Source: Eledone cirrhosa (lineage: Eukaryota). Taken from it: DNA of 64,000 nucleotides. Shown here piece by piece: positions 12,600-25,053 of this stretch. Position 1 is the stretch's first letter, and every line of letters starts with the position of its first letter. A program made the position numbers and the translations under genes. The notes beneath the pieces are model-generated. The model did not search any database. It was not told where the DNA came from and was given only the letters and a program-made list of their open reading frames with translations. Location of the stretch: positions 337,466,001 to 337,530,000 of the forward strand of contig OZ024740.1 in assembly GCA_964016885.1 (NCBI GenBank), written 5' to 3'.

Positions 12600-13284
12600 G
12601 TTGGACGAAGCACGTCTCTAAAATTGTCAAGAAGGCCGAGAGTCTTAGCATCACTCAGCAAGACCTTTGTCAGCCACTCTACAGCTATCTATTTAAAGCT
12701 GTACATGGCTATGGTGCGGCCACACTTAGAATTTGCATCACCAGTCTGGAACCCCTATCTTTCTCAGAACATTGACCGCCTGAGAAGCTGTTCAGAGACG
12801 TGCAACCAAGCGAATACCCTCCATCAGGCATCTACCATACTCTGAACGCCTTGCTTCCCTGAGCATGGATACATTGAAGCTCCGACGTCTGGCAACTGAC
12901 TTGGTAAACACCCACAAAATTATTAACCATCTTGCCAACAAAAACCCTGAGTACCTTTTTGATTTCCATGTGGCCTGGGCATGCCCACAAAGTCAGAAAA
13001 TAGCACAACTCCCATGACTTTCAGAAACATTTTTTCACGCTCAGAGTTGCTGAAGCATGAGTGAAACTACCTGCATCAGTTGTTAGATGTCGAGACACTG
13101 CATCCTTTAAAACCTCCATGCTTTCTGAGATTCGCCAACATTACACCTAATGTTCCCCCTCCATACACACATGTATATCATGACTCATACACTATTCACT
13201 TCCCTGACATTTGTATATTATTCTATATACTATACATGCACCTTTGATGAGTTGTAGTGCACCTGAGCACTTTACACAATAATT

Positions 13285-13290
<6 letters not shown>
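12600..13290 (+). mobile_element. 5'-truncated CR1-clade LINE
   Basis: LYMAMVRPHLEFASPVWNPY, then VQRRATKRIPSIRHLPYSERL in a shifted frame. Ends in an (ATT)n tail. Confidence 0.85.
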
Positions 13291-13322
<32 letters not shown>

Positions 13323-14244
13323 TAAAAGACCTCGTGCTTATCACTGGGTCCCTCTTGAAAAAAGGTTTTACAATTAGATGTCGTTCCTGATACCAATCAT
13401 TTTAGTCACCTCTTACAGCATGCAGGTATACAGTGTAGACTATTCTAAACTGGGTAAACATAGCTCCCCTTTTAGATAAAAAAAAAAAGGATGTGATAGT
13501 AAGACTGTAAGGTTGAACCAAGGAAACTATATTACCATTAGTTTTCAATTGTTGGTACTATCTGCTGATTACAACTTCTGCCAGAAGGAGACATGATTTG
13601 AAATTAGAATGCATTGAGCCAGATCCAAAGCCACTTGTTTGACTCCAAAACAATTCTGTTAATCTGGCACCCTTAGACTGGTACTTTATTTATCAACCAT
13701 AAAAAGATGAAAGGCAAAGTTGACTCCTGCAGGATATGAACTTAGAGCACAGTAAGCTAAAACAAATAACAAGTCATTTAATCTGATGCTCAAAAGACTG
13801 ACAATTCACCATCTTCTTTAAAGATGATAAGATGAAATTTGAAGAATATTTGACTGCTCTTTCTTTCTGGTCAAGCAAAAGTATAGAGGCACTCTTATTG
13901 ACTCATGGTATTTCAGTTTATATTAGTATCAACCCCAGCACCCCCAGCCATACACCTACACCCACTAGTTCTGGTCTGCTATATGCTAAGAGTGATGAGG
14001 CTGTCTCTTCGCTACAACATACATCTCTCTTACTTCTTTCAGGAAATTCTCCCACTTGTACAATTCTCTTCAAGATTATTAGCAGACTCGACAATGAGGA
14101 TTTGCCGCCAAAAAAACAGCATAGCCATACATCTTTAAATATGTCTCAGGCATTATTCCAAGCTGCACACAATTCCACCTAGATTATTTACCATTATCTT
14201 CAATTTCATTGCTACACATCTCTTTCAACTCTTTTTCTTTCTCT

Positions 14245-14245
14245 G

Positions 14246-14278
<33 letters not shown>

Positions 14279-14465
14279 GTTTATATATGTATATATATAA
14301 ATAAATATATAAATATATATATAAATATACATACACACATATACACACATATATATATATATATATATACATATATCATCATATCATCATTGTTGTTTTA
14401 ATGTCCATTTTCCCTGCTAGCAAGATATATATATATACATAAATAAATATATATATATATATATT

Positions 14466-14531
<66 letters not shown>

Positions 14532-14637
14532 CACATATCATCATCATCATCATCATCATCATTTTACATCTGCTTTTATATATATGTACACACACACACA
14601 TATATATATATACATATATATGTACATATATATATGT

Positions 14638-14668
<31 letters not shown>

Positions 14669-14693
14669 CATATATATGTACATATATATATGT

Positions 14694-14753
<60 letters not shown>

Positions 14754-14822
14754 GCATATATATATATATATTTATATATATTTATGTATATATAAATATA
14801 TATATATTAGTATATATATATG

Positions 14823-14860
<38 letters not shown>

Positions 14861-14902
14861 TATATATATATATGTACATAAATATATATATATATATATG
14901 CA

Positions 14903-14936
<34 letters not shown>

Positions 14937-14953
14937 AACGTATATATATATGC

Positions 14954-14986
<33 letters not shown>
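14245..14986. repeat. Compound (TA)n/(CA)n/(CAT)n microsatellite block
   Basis: Directly visible. Confidence 0.95.
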
Positions 14987-14989
<3 letters not shown>

Positions 14990-15320
14990 TCAATCATCAT
15001 TTCATTTTACGTCCGCTTTTTCCCTGCTTGCAAGGGTGGGACGGGAACTGATTCTGGCTTGATTTCTACAGCTGGATGCCCTTCCTAACACCAACCTCAT
15101 TTACAGTGAGTGCTGGGTGCTTTTTTGCCGTGGCACCTCCACGACCACTTTGCAGTGAAATGATAGGGACCCCAGTCCCTATCATCTCATTTCTACAGCT
15201 GAGTAAACTGGAGCAATGTGAAATAAAGTGTCTTGCTCAAGGAAACAACACATCACCCGGTCTGAGAATTGAACTCACAACCTTTCGATTGCAAGGCCAA
15301 TGCCCTAACCACTAAGCCAT
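14990..15320 (-). mobile_element. tRNA-head CORE-type SINE with RTE-derived tail
   Basis: Reverse complement of the 18354 family. Further copies at 21287-21575(+), 35150-35550(+), 45678-46100(+), 46120-46337(-) and 62175-62515(-). Confidence 0.9.
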
Positions 15321-15890
15321 ATATATATATATATGTATATATATGTGTGTGTGTGTGTGTGTGTGATAATTTGGCTATCGAGTTGAGCTCTGCTGAGGAT
15401 CGAATTCCAACCGTGACCATCTCCACTGAAAGTTTTCGTGAAATAGTCTTTTCAAGATTATACAGAGCATTTGTAGTTTTTCCAAATTGAAGGATGAGTA
15501 TTTTAAACTTTATTTTATCATGAGTTAAGGCTCTATTGATTTTTCCCTGGATTTCACTAAATTCTGTTGGATGAATCTATATCTTGATTCTTTTTGAATT
15601 GAGTTTGAATTCTTTTTTTCCCACATCTTACGTTAACTATTTTCCCATTTTGACGCTATAGTCACTTATATATTATTATGGAATACTGTTGGCTTCCTGT
15701 TACAATATTTTCTATACCTTTCATTTATATATATATATATATATGTAGGAGGTGAGTTTTATTGTAGTACAATAAAGCAATGCAGATATCGGATAAGAAG
15801 CACTCTACAGTTTGTAGGACTGGAGTATACATATGTTGATTTAAAACTGCACTATTCACAAGTGTTTTTAACCTTCATATCATGTCTTCC

Positions 15891-15961
15891 TATTTTAACT
15901 GATGAAAACACAAATGTTATTGCATGATGATATTTGTTTTTGAAATGCGCATAATAAAATA
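15891..15961 (+). ncRNA. Type I hammerhead ribozyme motif (family B)
   Basis: tattttaa CTGATGA aaacacaaat..atttgttttt GAAA tgcgca TA ataaaata. Stem III is the palindrome ATGCGCAT. Confidence 0.7.
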
Positions 15962-15983
15962 CATCTTTTAACCATCTTTTGAT

Positions 15984-16033
<50 letters not shown>

Positions 16034-16580
16034 TACATACATAGATACATACATACATGCATATATTATAAAAAATAGTTCTTTTTCTCTTTGAGTTAAA
16101 CAGGTTTAACAGCATACACACGCACATACACACACACATACTAAAACATACACATACGCACACATGAAGATAAACACCCACATGAATATACCTGCACACT
16201 AACATACATAATATGCCCATACATACAGGATATATGCACATAAATACTCTCATGTGGACACCTATAACAGGCACACCACAAACCAATTCTTGTAAAATTG
16301 GAACCTTATTGCTGCAATACTTACTTTGGATGTTCAGTTCAGTTATTGGCAGCAATTTTAGGGGAAATAAGAGATGAGAGAAAATTGAGGTTGCTCAAAT
16401 CTACTTCACTGCTTTTATTAATGCTCTCTCTCTCTCCTCTATCCTCCTTCTCTCTCTCTCTCTCTCTTTATATATATATATATTTATTTATATGGTGTTT
16501 ATACATATATATATATATGTATATACATATATATATATACATATATATATACATATATGTTTATACATATATATATATAC

Positions 16581-16655
<75 letters not shown>

Positions 16656-16820
16656 CATCATCGTCATTTAACGGCCATTTTCCACACTAGCATGCATAGG
16701 ACAGGCTGTCTCTTTGTGAGAGATCAGATCGAAGGATTGCATTTTGCTTACACAGAACTGTTTTTGTGTGTACATATTTATATATACACACAGACACACA
16801 CACACACATATATATATATA

Positions 16821-19800
16821 TCATCATCATCATCATCACCGTTTTACGTCCGTTCTTCCACGTTAACATGGGTGAGACGGGTTGTCCTGTTGTAGGCAGT
16901 AGCCGGTCGGCTCATACGGGAACTGATTCTGGCTTGATTTCTACAGCTGGATGCCCTTCCTAACACCAACCTCATTTACAGTGAGTGCTGGGTGCTTTTT
17001 TTCCATGGCGCCTACACATCCACTTTACAGTGTGGGCTGGGTGCTTTATTGCCGTGGCACCTCCATGACCACTTTGCAGTGGGAGGGTGTGGGGGCATAT
17101 TGTCTATATGCTTCAGCTTCGGCTTGTACACGTGAGAAGTCGGGTCTTCTGTATTACTGCATGACGCCAGAGGTCATGGTCATATGTCATCGTCTTTGAG
17201 AGGTCTAATTGGGTAAGGTCGGCTTTTATCACCTCATCCCAGGTCTTTCTGGGTCTCCCCATTCCACGGCTTCCATCGACTTCTAGTGCTCTGCACCTTT
17301 TTATGCAGCTGTCATCCTTCATACGCATCGCATGTCCATACAAACGCAACTGCCTCTCCTGCACACAGCATTTGATTCCTCTTATGCTCAATCTCTCTCT
17401 CAATTCGTTTATGCTTTGCCGTTCACGTATATTACTATTACACATCCATCGGAGCATGCAGGCTTCGTTTCTTTCTAATCTATGCAAGTCTTCTACAGAC
17501 AGTGCCCAGGTCTCACTACCATGTAACATTGCTGTTTGTATACACACATCATACAGTCTGCCTTTCATTTTGAGGGGAAAGCTTTTGCAGCTAGTAGTGG
17601 CACTAGCTCCCTGAACTTCTTCCATTCCGTTCTTACCCTAGTTATTGTACTTTCCGAACACCCACCTCCGCTGCTAATTCGGTTACCTAGGTAGCAGAAG
17701 CTGTCTACTGTTTCTACAGAGCCCTCCCAGAGTTTGGTGGTGCTTGTTTCCTGTGGCTGTTTGCTGCCTGCTGTCCCAGCGCAGCTGCTATATGTGAAAC
17801 CTACATTCTTAGTTAAGCTTCTTGAGATACCACTACATCTCTTGTGTACCCATTGTTTGCATTTGGGGCAGAGGATGGAGTTCCTACCTACACCTTTCCT
17901 ACATACTGAGCAAGGCCATTTCCCTGAGGGGATCTGGGTTCTGTTTTCTCGTCTACTTACAAGGACCTTAGTCTTTGTCACGTTAACTTTGAGACCTTTT
18001 CTTTCTAGTCCTTGCTTCCAAGTTTGGAATTTCTTCTCTAGTTCTACCATAGCTTCAGCTATAAGTACGAGGTCATCTGCATACAGGAGTTCCCATGGGC
18101 ATCCGGTCTTAAACTCCTCCGTTATTGCCTGCAGGACTATGATGAACAGGAGAGGGCTAAGAACAGAGCCCTGGTGGACACCGACCTGTACGCTAAATTC
18201 CTCGCTATACTCATTGCTAATCCTAACTTTGCTGACTGCTCCCCTATACATGGCTTGTACAGCTTTCACAAGCCATTCATCTATTCCTAGTTTTCTAAGA
18301 GCCCACCAGATTATAGCACGGGGAACTCTGTCACAGGCTTTCTCAAGATCGATGAGACACATGGCTTAGTGGTTAGAGCATTGGGCTTGCAATCGAAAGG
18401 TTGTGAGTTCAATTCTCAGACCGGGTGATGTGTTGTTTCCTTGAACAAGACACTTTATTTCACATTGCTCCAGTTTACTCAGCTGTAGAAATGAGATGAT
18501 AGGGACTGGGGTCCCTATCATTCCACTGCAAAGTGGACGTGTAGGCGCCACGGAACAAAAAGCACCCAGCACTCACTGTAAATGAGGTTGGTGTTAGGAA
18601 GGGAATCCAGCTGTAGAAATCAAGCCAGAATCAGTTCCCGTACCACCCTTGCAAGCAAGGAAAAAGCGGACGTAAAATGAAATGAATGAATGATGATGAA
18701 ATGATGAATGCCAGGTAGAGTGGCTTACTTTTAGCTAGGTACTTTTCCTGTAACTAACTCACAAGGAAGAAGGCAACAGTGGTGCCTCTTCCTGGCACAA
18801 ACCCAAATTGCATCTCATCTAGTTTCACCCGATCCCTAATCAACTGTGCTATAACTCTTTCTGTTACTTTCATGACCTGGTCTATCAGCTTTATACCTCT
18901 ATAGTTTCCTCTATCTAGTGCATCACCTTTACCTTTGTAGCAGTTGACTACTGCTTTGGTATGACACCTTCTAGTATTACCTGGTTAACAATACGTGTAG
19001 TTATGGTGTGACCTACCGACCCAGATGCCTTCAGCATCTCGGCAGCTATACCCGATGGACCGGTTGCCTTCCCCATTTTCATATCTTTGATTGCCTTACT
19101 TACTACGTTGCTGCTGACTTGTACTGCTGGCCCCTCTATAGAGTCTACTTGGGGTAGGGTCTCTTCTTCCCATGCATTCTCCTCATTTAGTAATCTATCA
19201 TAATGGCTCTTCCATGCATCTTTCTTCTCAGCATTTGTGAGGGCAAGCTCACCTTTATCATTCCAGATACACTTCTCTCCAGTCACATCACAGTTATCTC
19301 TGACACACTGCCTCGCAATCTTGAACACTTCCTGTTTCTGGTCCTCACGTTGCAAAACATGCTTGAATTTTCTATCCTCTGCTTGCCTCCTAGCTAAGTA
19401 TACTTGTTGCCTAGCTTCCCTCCTGTCTCTATGTAATGTACCCTGCTTCTCCCGTTCTTCCATTCTTTCCATGCCTGTCTCTTGGCCTTAACTGCCTCAT
19501 CTACCTTATTGTTCCACCACCAAGTCACTCTCCTCCTGCCTGTCGTCTTAATCCAGCCACAGATCTCATCCGTTGCCTTTAGTAAGTTATTTTTTAGGAA
19601 CTCCCAGTGCTCTTCTACATTGAATGTCTCTATCTGTTCTTCTTTACTGTCATAGGCATTGAGTAAAATATCTTTAAATCTGTTACTGGCTGAGGGGTCT
19701 TTCAGCTTCCAGATCTTTCTTCTCCAGGCTGGCCTCTGTTTCCGGGTTCATCTAGTTCTGACCGTGAGGTCACTGACAACTAAGCTATGTTGGGAGGTAC

Positions 19801-20490
19801 ATTCCTCACTAGGGAAGGCTTTTGTGTTTACGACCATCCATCTGTCACGTCCTCTGATGAGGATAAAATCTATCTGACTAGAATGCTCCCCTGATCTATA
19901 GGTGATCAGGTGGTTGTCGGGTTTTTTGAAGTTTGTGTTACATATCAACATGTCATTGGCGTCGCAGAATTCTAGAAGTCTGAATCCTTCTTCATTTCTT
20001 GTGCCAACCCCATGGCCTCCATGGACTCTATAGAAGCCGTCACGGTGTTTACCCACGTGTCTGTTAAAATCTCCTGCAATGATTAGGAAGTCATTGTCGT
20101 TAGTTAGAGCAGTAGTGTGCATTAGGGACTCGTAAAACCTATCCTTAAGTTCGTCTGGTAACCCCAATTGGGGTGCGTAAGCTGATATTATTGTGGTAAT
20201 TGTTTTATTCAGGACTAGTTTAATGATTCTTGCATTCACCCTGTTCACTGAGATTACCTTATCTACCCACTTGTCAGCTAGTAGGATACCTACACCACCC
20301 ATTCCATCGTCATTTCCCAACCAGAAAAATTTGTAGCACTGACTTTTTCCTACAAGGACTCTAGCAGACTATCCTCTCCATCTAGTCTCTTGCACACAGC
20401 ATGCATCAATTTCCTTTCGCTCTAGCATCTCTATGATTTCTCCTGCTCTTCCTTTCATTGTGCTTACATTGATGGTACCAACTCAGAGTT
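16821..20490 (-). mobile_element. Near-full-length RTE-clade LINE (APE + RT), disrupted by stops, frameshifts and a SINE
   Basis: APE motifs VQETRW, AYAPQ, AGDFN, SQIDF. RT motifs DLEKA.DRVPR, HQGSVLSP, LYADDL. (GAT)n tail at 16821. The 5' UTR may extend beyond 20490. Confidence 0.95.
18354..18700 (+). mobile_element. CORE-type SINE nested in the RTE RT domain
   Basis: A box tggcttagtggtt and B box gagttcaattc. It splits LYLAF|IDLEK, with gatga duplicated on both sides. Confidence 0.9.
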
Positions 20491-21235
20491 TTGGGCATTT
20501 GTCAACACTTGTGGGAAAGGGTCGATTTTTGCAGGGGTGTGTGTATGCTTCCTGTCTCTGAATTGAAGCTTCACATGGGTGCTTGGAAACTCGCGGATTC
20601 ATATTCATTTATTAATTTGGGGTTGCTCCATTTATTCTCAGCTCATCCATATATAATGGTAGGAGAATTCCGGGCTAGAAGAACGATGGTGGTGGTAATA
20701 ATGGCAGGGTGTGTTGGGGCTGGGACGGGTGAGGAGAGAGGTAGGTAGTAGTAGTAATGGCAGAGTTTGTTGGGGTTGGTAATGGGTGGGGGGGGACATG
20801 CTGAGGTTTGATTGGTCGAATAGGCTATGGTTGTGTGGGCGGGAAGGAAATTGTGAGATAGGTAGCCATCATGGCCTATAGCATCTCAGGGCAAAATAAA
20901 CCGATACGAGTACCTATATTAGACATGGCGAAATGTTAATGATAGGATTTCAAATGGAGTAGATGACTTCGTAGAGACAGCAAAATGATAAATACAACAA
21001 TAATAATAATAATGTAAGAGAGAGGAAGGGAGTAGATGACTTCGGAGAGAGACAGCATGGGAAAAGAAAATGAAGGTAAAAAATAAATGTGTTGTGGAGG
21101 CTAATACTAATAATAGTGTGAGCGGAACATTTACAATTGGGAAATAGAGGGATACCTGGAAGATATATATGGATGGAAGATATATATGGATGGTTTAGCA
21201 GCTCTAGTGATTCATTTTAGCCTTTCAGAATCAAG

Positions 21236-21285
<50 letters not shown>

Positions 21286-22398
21286 TACAATTCTCAGACC
21301 GGGTGATGTGTTGTTTTCTTGAGCAAGACACTTTATTTCACATTGCTCCAGATTACTCAGCTGTAGAAATGAGATGATAGGACAAGGTTCCATATCATTC
21401 CACTGCAAAGTGGTTGTGTAGGTGCCACGGCAAAAAAGCACCCAGCACCCACTGTAAATGAGGTTGGTGTTAGGAAGGGCATCCAGCTGTAGAAATCAGC
21501 CAGAATCAGTTCCCGTCCCACCCTTGCAAGCAGGGAAAAGCGGACGTAAAATGAAATGATGATGATGATGATGATAACCAAGCCCAAATCAGTTCTGTAT
21601 GAGCAAGATATGGTCACCTGACCTAGCATTGCCCACAACAGGACAATTCGTCTAACCAATACTAATGTGGAAAATGAACGTAAAACGGTGATGATAATGA
21701 TGATGACAATATATATATATTAGGAGTGCATCATTATCATCATCATCATCATCGTTTAACATCCATTTTTCCATGCTAGCATGGGTTAAATGAGTTGTCT
21801 TGTTGTGAGATAGGCCGGATCAGATGATTATGTCTTGCTCATACAGAACTGATTTTGGTTTGGTTTCTATGGCTGGATGCCCTTCCTAATACCAAACACT
21901 TTTACAGTGTGTACTGGGTGCTTTTTTGTCGTGACATCTACAAGATATGAAAACATATACAATATATTTATGTGCAACAAACACAAACACATGAAAACCT
22001 CCATATGAAAGAAAAAATATTTTATCATTATGAAAAGTCCTTTTCTCTTTTATTCTGTGAACATGTCATAGATATCTTAGTAGCTGTCGGAATGCCAGAC
22101 AGCTGTCTCAAAATTTGTTAATCTCTCGTTAGTGACATTCACTCAACTGGTACTAAGATGAAAATTGGCTAGAGCTTGTATAAATTTTGCATGTCGAACA
22201 TTTGCTGAGGATGTTCATTTGCATATAGTGCAAACTTGGCTGGTTATAATTAATTCACAGATATCTCAGTGGCTGTTGAAAATGCCAGATAGCTGTTTCA
22301 AGATTCATTTATCTCTTATCAGTGACATTCACTCAACCAGTACTAAGATAACATGTACACCCTGCCCGTCCCTTCAATCTATCTTATTTCTCATTCTT

Positions 22399-22434
22399 TC
22401 TTCTGATGAAGAACTAGCATCCGAAACGTTTAGA
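22399..22434 (+). ncRNA. Minimal hammerhead motif (family A) in a Penelope pLTR-like repeat (~22360-22520)
   Basis: tctt CTGATGA agaactagcatcc GAAA cgtt taga. Homologous to 39691-39726(-), 53365-53403(+) and a degenerate copy at ~42935-42970(-). Confidence 0.65.
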
Positions 22435-22589
22435 CCCTCTTCCTGCTATTTCAAGCATTAACCTAATATATTCCTTCCATATATTGTACCGATTGTCTTG
22501 TTAGTTCTGTTTACCTTTTACATACATATATATATGTATATATATATATATATAATATAAGATCAAAAGATGGTTAAAGGAGTTCAATA

Positions 22590-22660
22590 TATTTTATTAT
22601 GCGCATTTCAAAAACAAACATCATCAAACAATAATATTTGTGTTTTCATCAGATAAAACA
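22590..22660 (-). ncRNA. Type I hammerhead ribozyme motif (family B, second copy)
   Basis: Minus strand reads tgttttat CTGATGA aaacacaaat..gtttgttttt GAAA tgcgca TA ataaaata, with an 8-bp stem I. Confidence 0.75.
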
Positions 22661-22831
22661 GGAGAACATGATATGAAGGCTAAAAAAACACTTGTTGATA
22701 GTGCAGTTTTAAATCAACATATGAAAAGTGCATTGCTTTATTGTACTACAATAAAACTCACCTCCTACATATATATATATATATATATATAAATCAGGAT
22801 GGATTCAGCACATGAGGGCATGCATGCACAC

Positions 22832-22922
<91 letters not shown>

Positions 22923-23121
22923 AATCTAGTTGTCGTCTGTTCTACAGTGTGGATGTAATTCACTTCGCGCAGAAGTTTTGTTCAAATTTATTGTGGAAAT
23001 TTTGTGAGTTCAAATTTAATTTTGATACAATTGTGTAGCTTGACCCCCCGTCTGAACTGTCAGGCGGTGGGTCAGCTCATCTTTACCCCTCCTAGAGGTG
23101 AAAAACCTGTTTTAAAAAATT

Positions 23122-24957
23122 TTGTGGCAAAAAAATTTCAATCGTCTGACAGAAATGTTAAACGAAGCGAACGAAAATAGTGGTGGGGGGACAGCGGTAA
23201 GAGTTGTAAGCTCGCACGCTTTAGTCCCCCCTTCCTTCCCAACTAACGTCATAGAGAAGGAAGGAAAAAATAAAATAAAAACAGACGAATCTGCGGAGAA
23301 AAATGACGAAAACACAAATCTGGACATGGATTCCAACAACGAAAAAAAAAAATTTGAAAAATTGCATGACAATACTAATACCACAAACAAAGACACAACA
23401 AAGACAAAAATAACATTTGAAAATAACACCATAACAGAAAGCAAAGCAGACGACAGAGTCAACAAGATTTCATTTGCACAAACAACAAAGAAATCTTTGA
23501 CATATATACCTGAACATATTTCAGATGTGGCACGAAGAATCACAGACGCCAAACAATACATAAGTAAAGGAGAGAATGGTATTTTATCGGTAAAAATGAC
23601 TCAAGAACTCACCAAAGACATTGAAAGTCGAACGGTCGTGTTCCGCACCATCAACAACACTTCAAAAAAACCTGAACAGCCAACTCAGGCAGATATCAAA
23701 ACAGTACTCACAGAAGTACTTAATGAAACTACTTTCATAAGAAAAGACAGACTGTATGGAAGCCTAGCAATTATTATGAAGAACGAATCGGCGGCAAAAA
23801 AATGTGCTTTGTCACCGATTCGTTCGAAAAATTTTACCTTTTATCCATCTTATATGGTTAAAAGAACTCAACGCATATGGCTGGATGCAATGATGCCAGA
23901 TGTGGACTACTGCTGGCTCATAGCTGGCTTCATCGATCCAGTGAATGACAACGTGATTTCCATTGGGAAAACCACAGGCAATGCGTTCAGTGGAACAGGT
24001 ATAGAGCTGGTAGTGCAAATGAAGCCTGAATGCATCGCCCAAATACCCGACAGAATCCTATTAGAGGGCCACGGGTATATAAACATTAGCGTGAAGGGGA
24101 GAAGGCCGTCCTGTCATATCTGTGCAGGCAGAGGGCACCTGAAGGCCGCTTGTCCCCAACTCAACAAAAAGAAAACCCTGCTACCACCACCAGCTCCACC
24201 ACCACCACCACAACAGATAAACAAACAACAAAACTCAGTCCCACCCAACCCGTCCTTCAGTAAAACTACACCACCACCACAACACAAACAGTCACAACAC
24301 ATTACCCCAAAACAAAATACAGGCCCACCCAACCCCTCACTCAATAAAACAACACAATCACCGCAGACACAACACACAACACAGTCTAACATAGTGACAT
24401 CCATCTCCCCCACAAAGAAAACCAACACGGAAACATTACCAGCAAACATACCTCTTCCCTCCAACACTGAAGATAACCCAACGAATTCGGAGGAAGAAAC
24501 GGAGTCCTTCAGACAGATTAAAAGGAAAAAAAGAAAACATGTGCAAAACACACAAGGCCAAACAACCCCCACCCAAATCTCAACACAATCCAACAAAACA
24601 GAAAACACCCCTCCAGCAACAAACAAAACCAAACCTGCCCCTCCCCTCTTCGAAACACTCACACCATCCGAAAAAAAGACATTACACTATACTTACATCA
24701 ACAGAAACAATAATAAATTAAATGAACTCATATACAATAATCCTTCGGTACAAACCGAAGGTGTAAACTTTGTTTCTTCAGAAAACTACCCACATTTAAA
24801 ATAAATAAAGATCCCAATGAACCTCTACCAAAAACTAAAAAAGGATTTTAAGGAGGACGTAGGACCACCCTCTGTCAAACCCATAAACCGCGTCCTACTA
24901 AAAAGCTTTTCCCCTCCCCAACACAACTCCAAACACCCCAACCCCACCACACACTGA
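23122..24957 (+). pseudogene. Tx1 ORF1 (gag-like CCHC zinc knuckle), probably with a premature stop at 24802-24804
   Basis: CHICAGRGHLKAAC knuckle. The frame stays open for 50 codons after the TAA, until TGA at 24955-24957. Confidence 0.8.
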
Positions 24958-25053
24958 CGACCCCACACCACCACAAGACACCCCTTCACCAAACACCCCC
25001 GACGGGAAGCGGAAAGGTAGGTCTCTACACTCTCCTTTGGCTCTGCCGCCCAC

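Noticed and set aside
18360-18425. tRNA gene
   Set aside because: The A and B boxes belong to a SINE head repeated many times and continue into a CORE-like body, with no acceptor stem or terminator.
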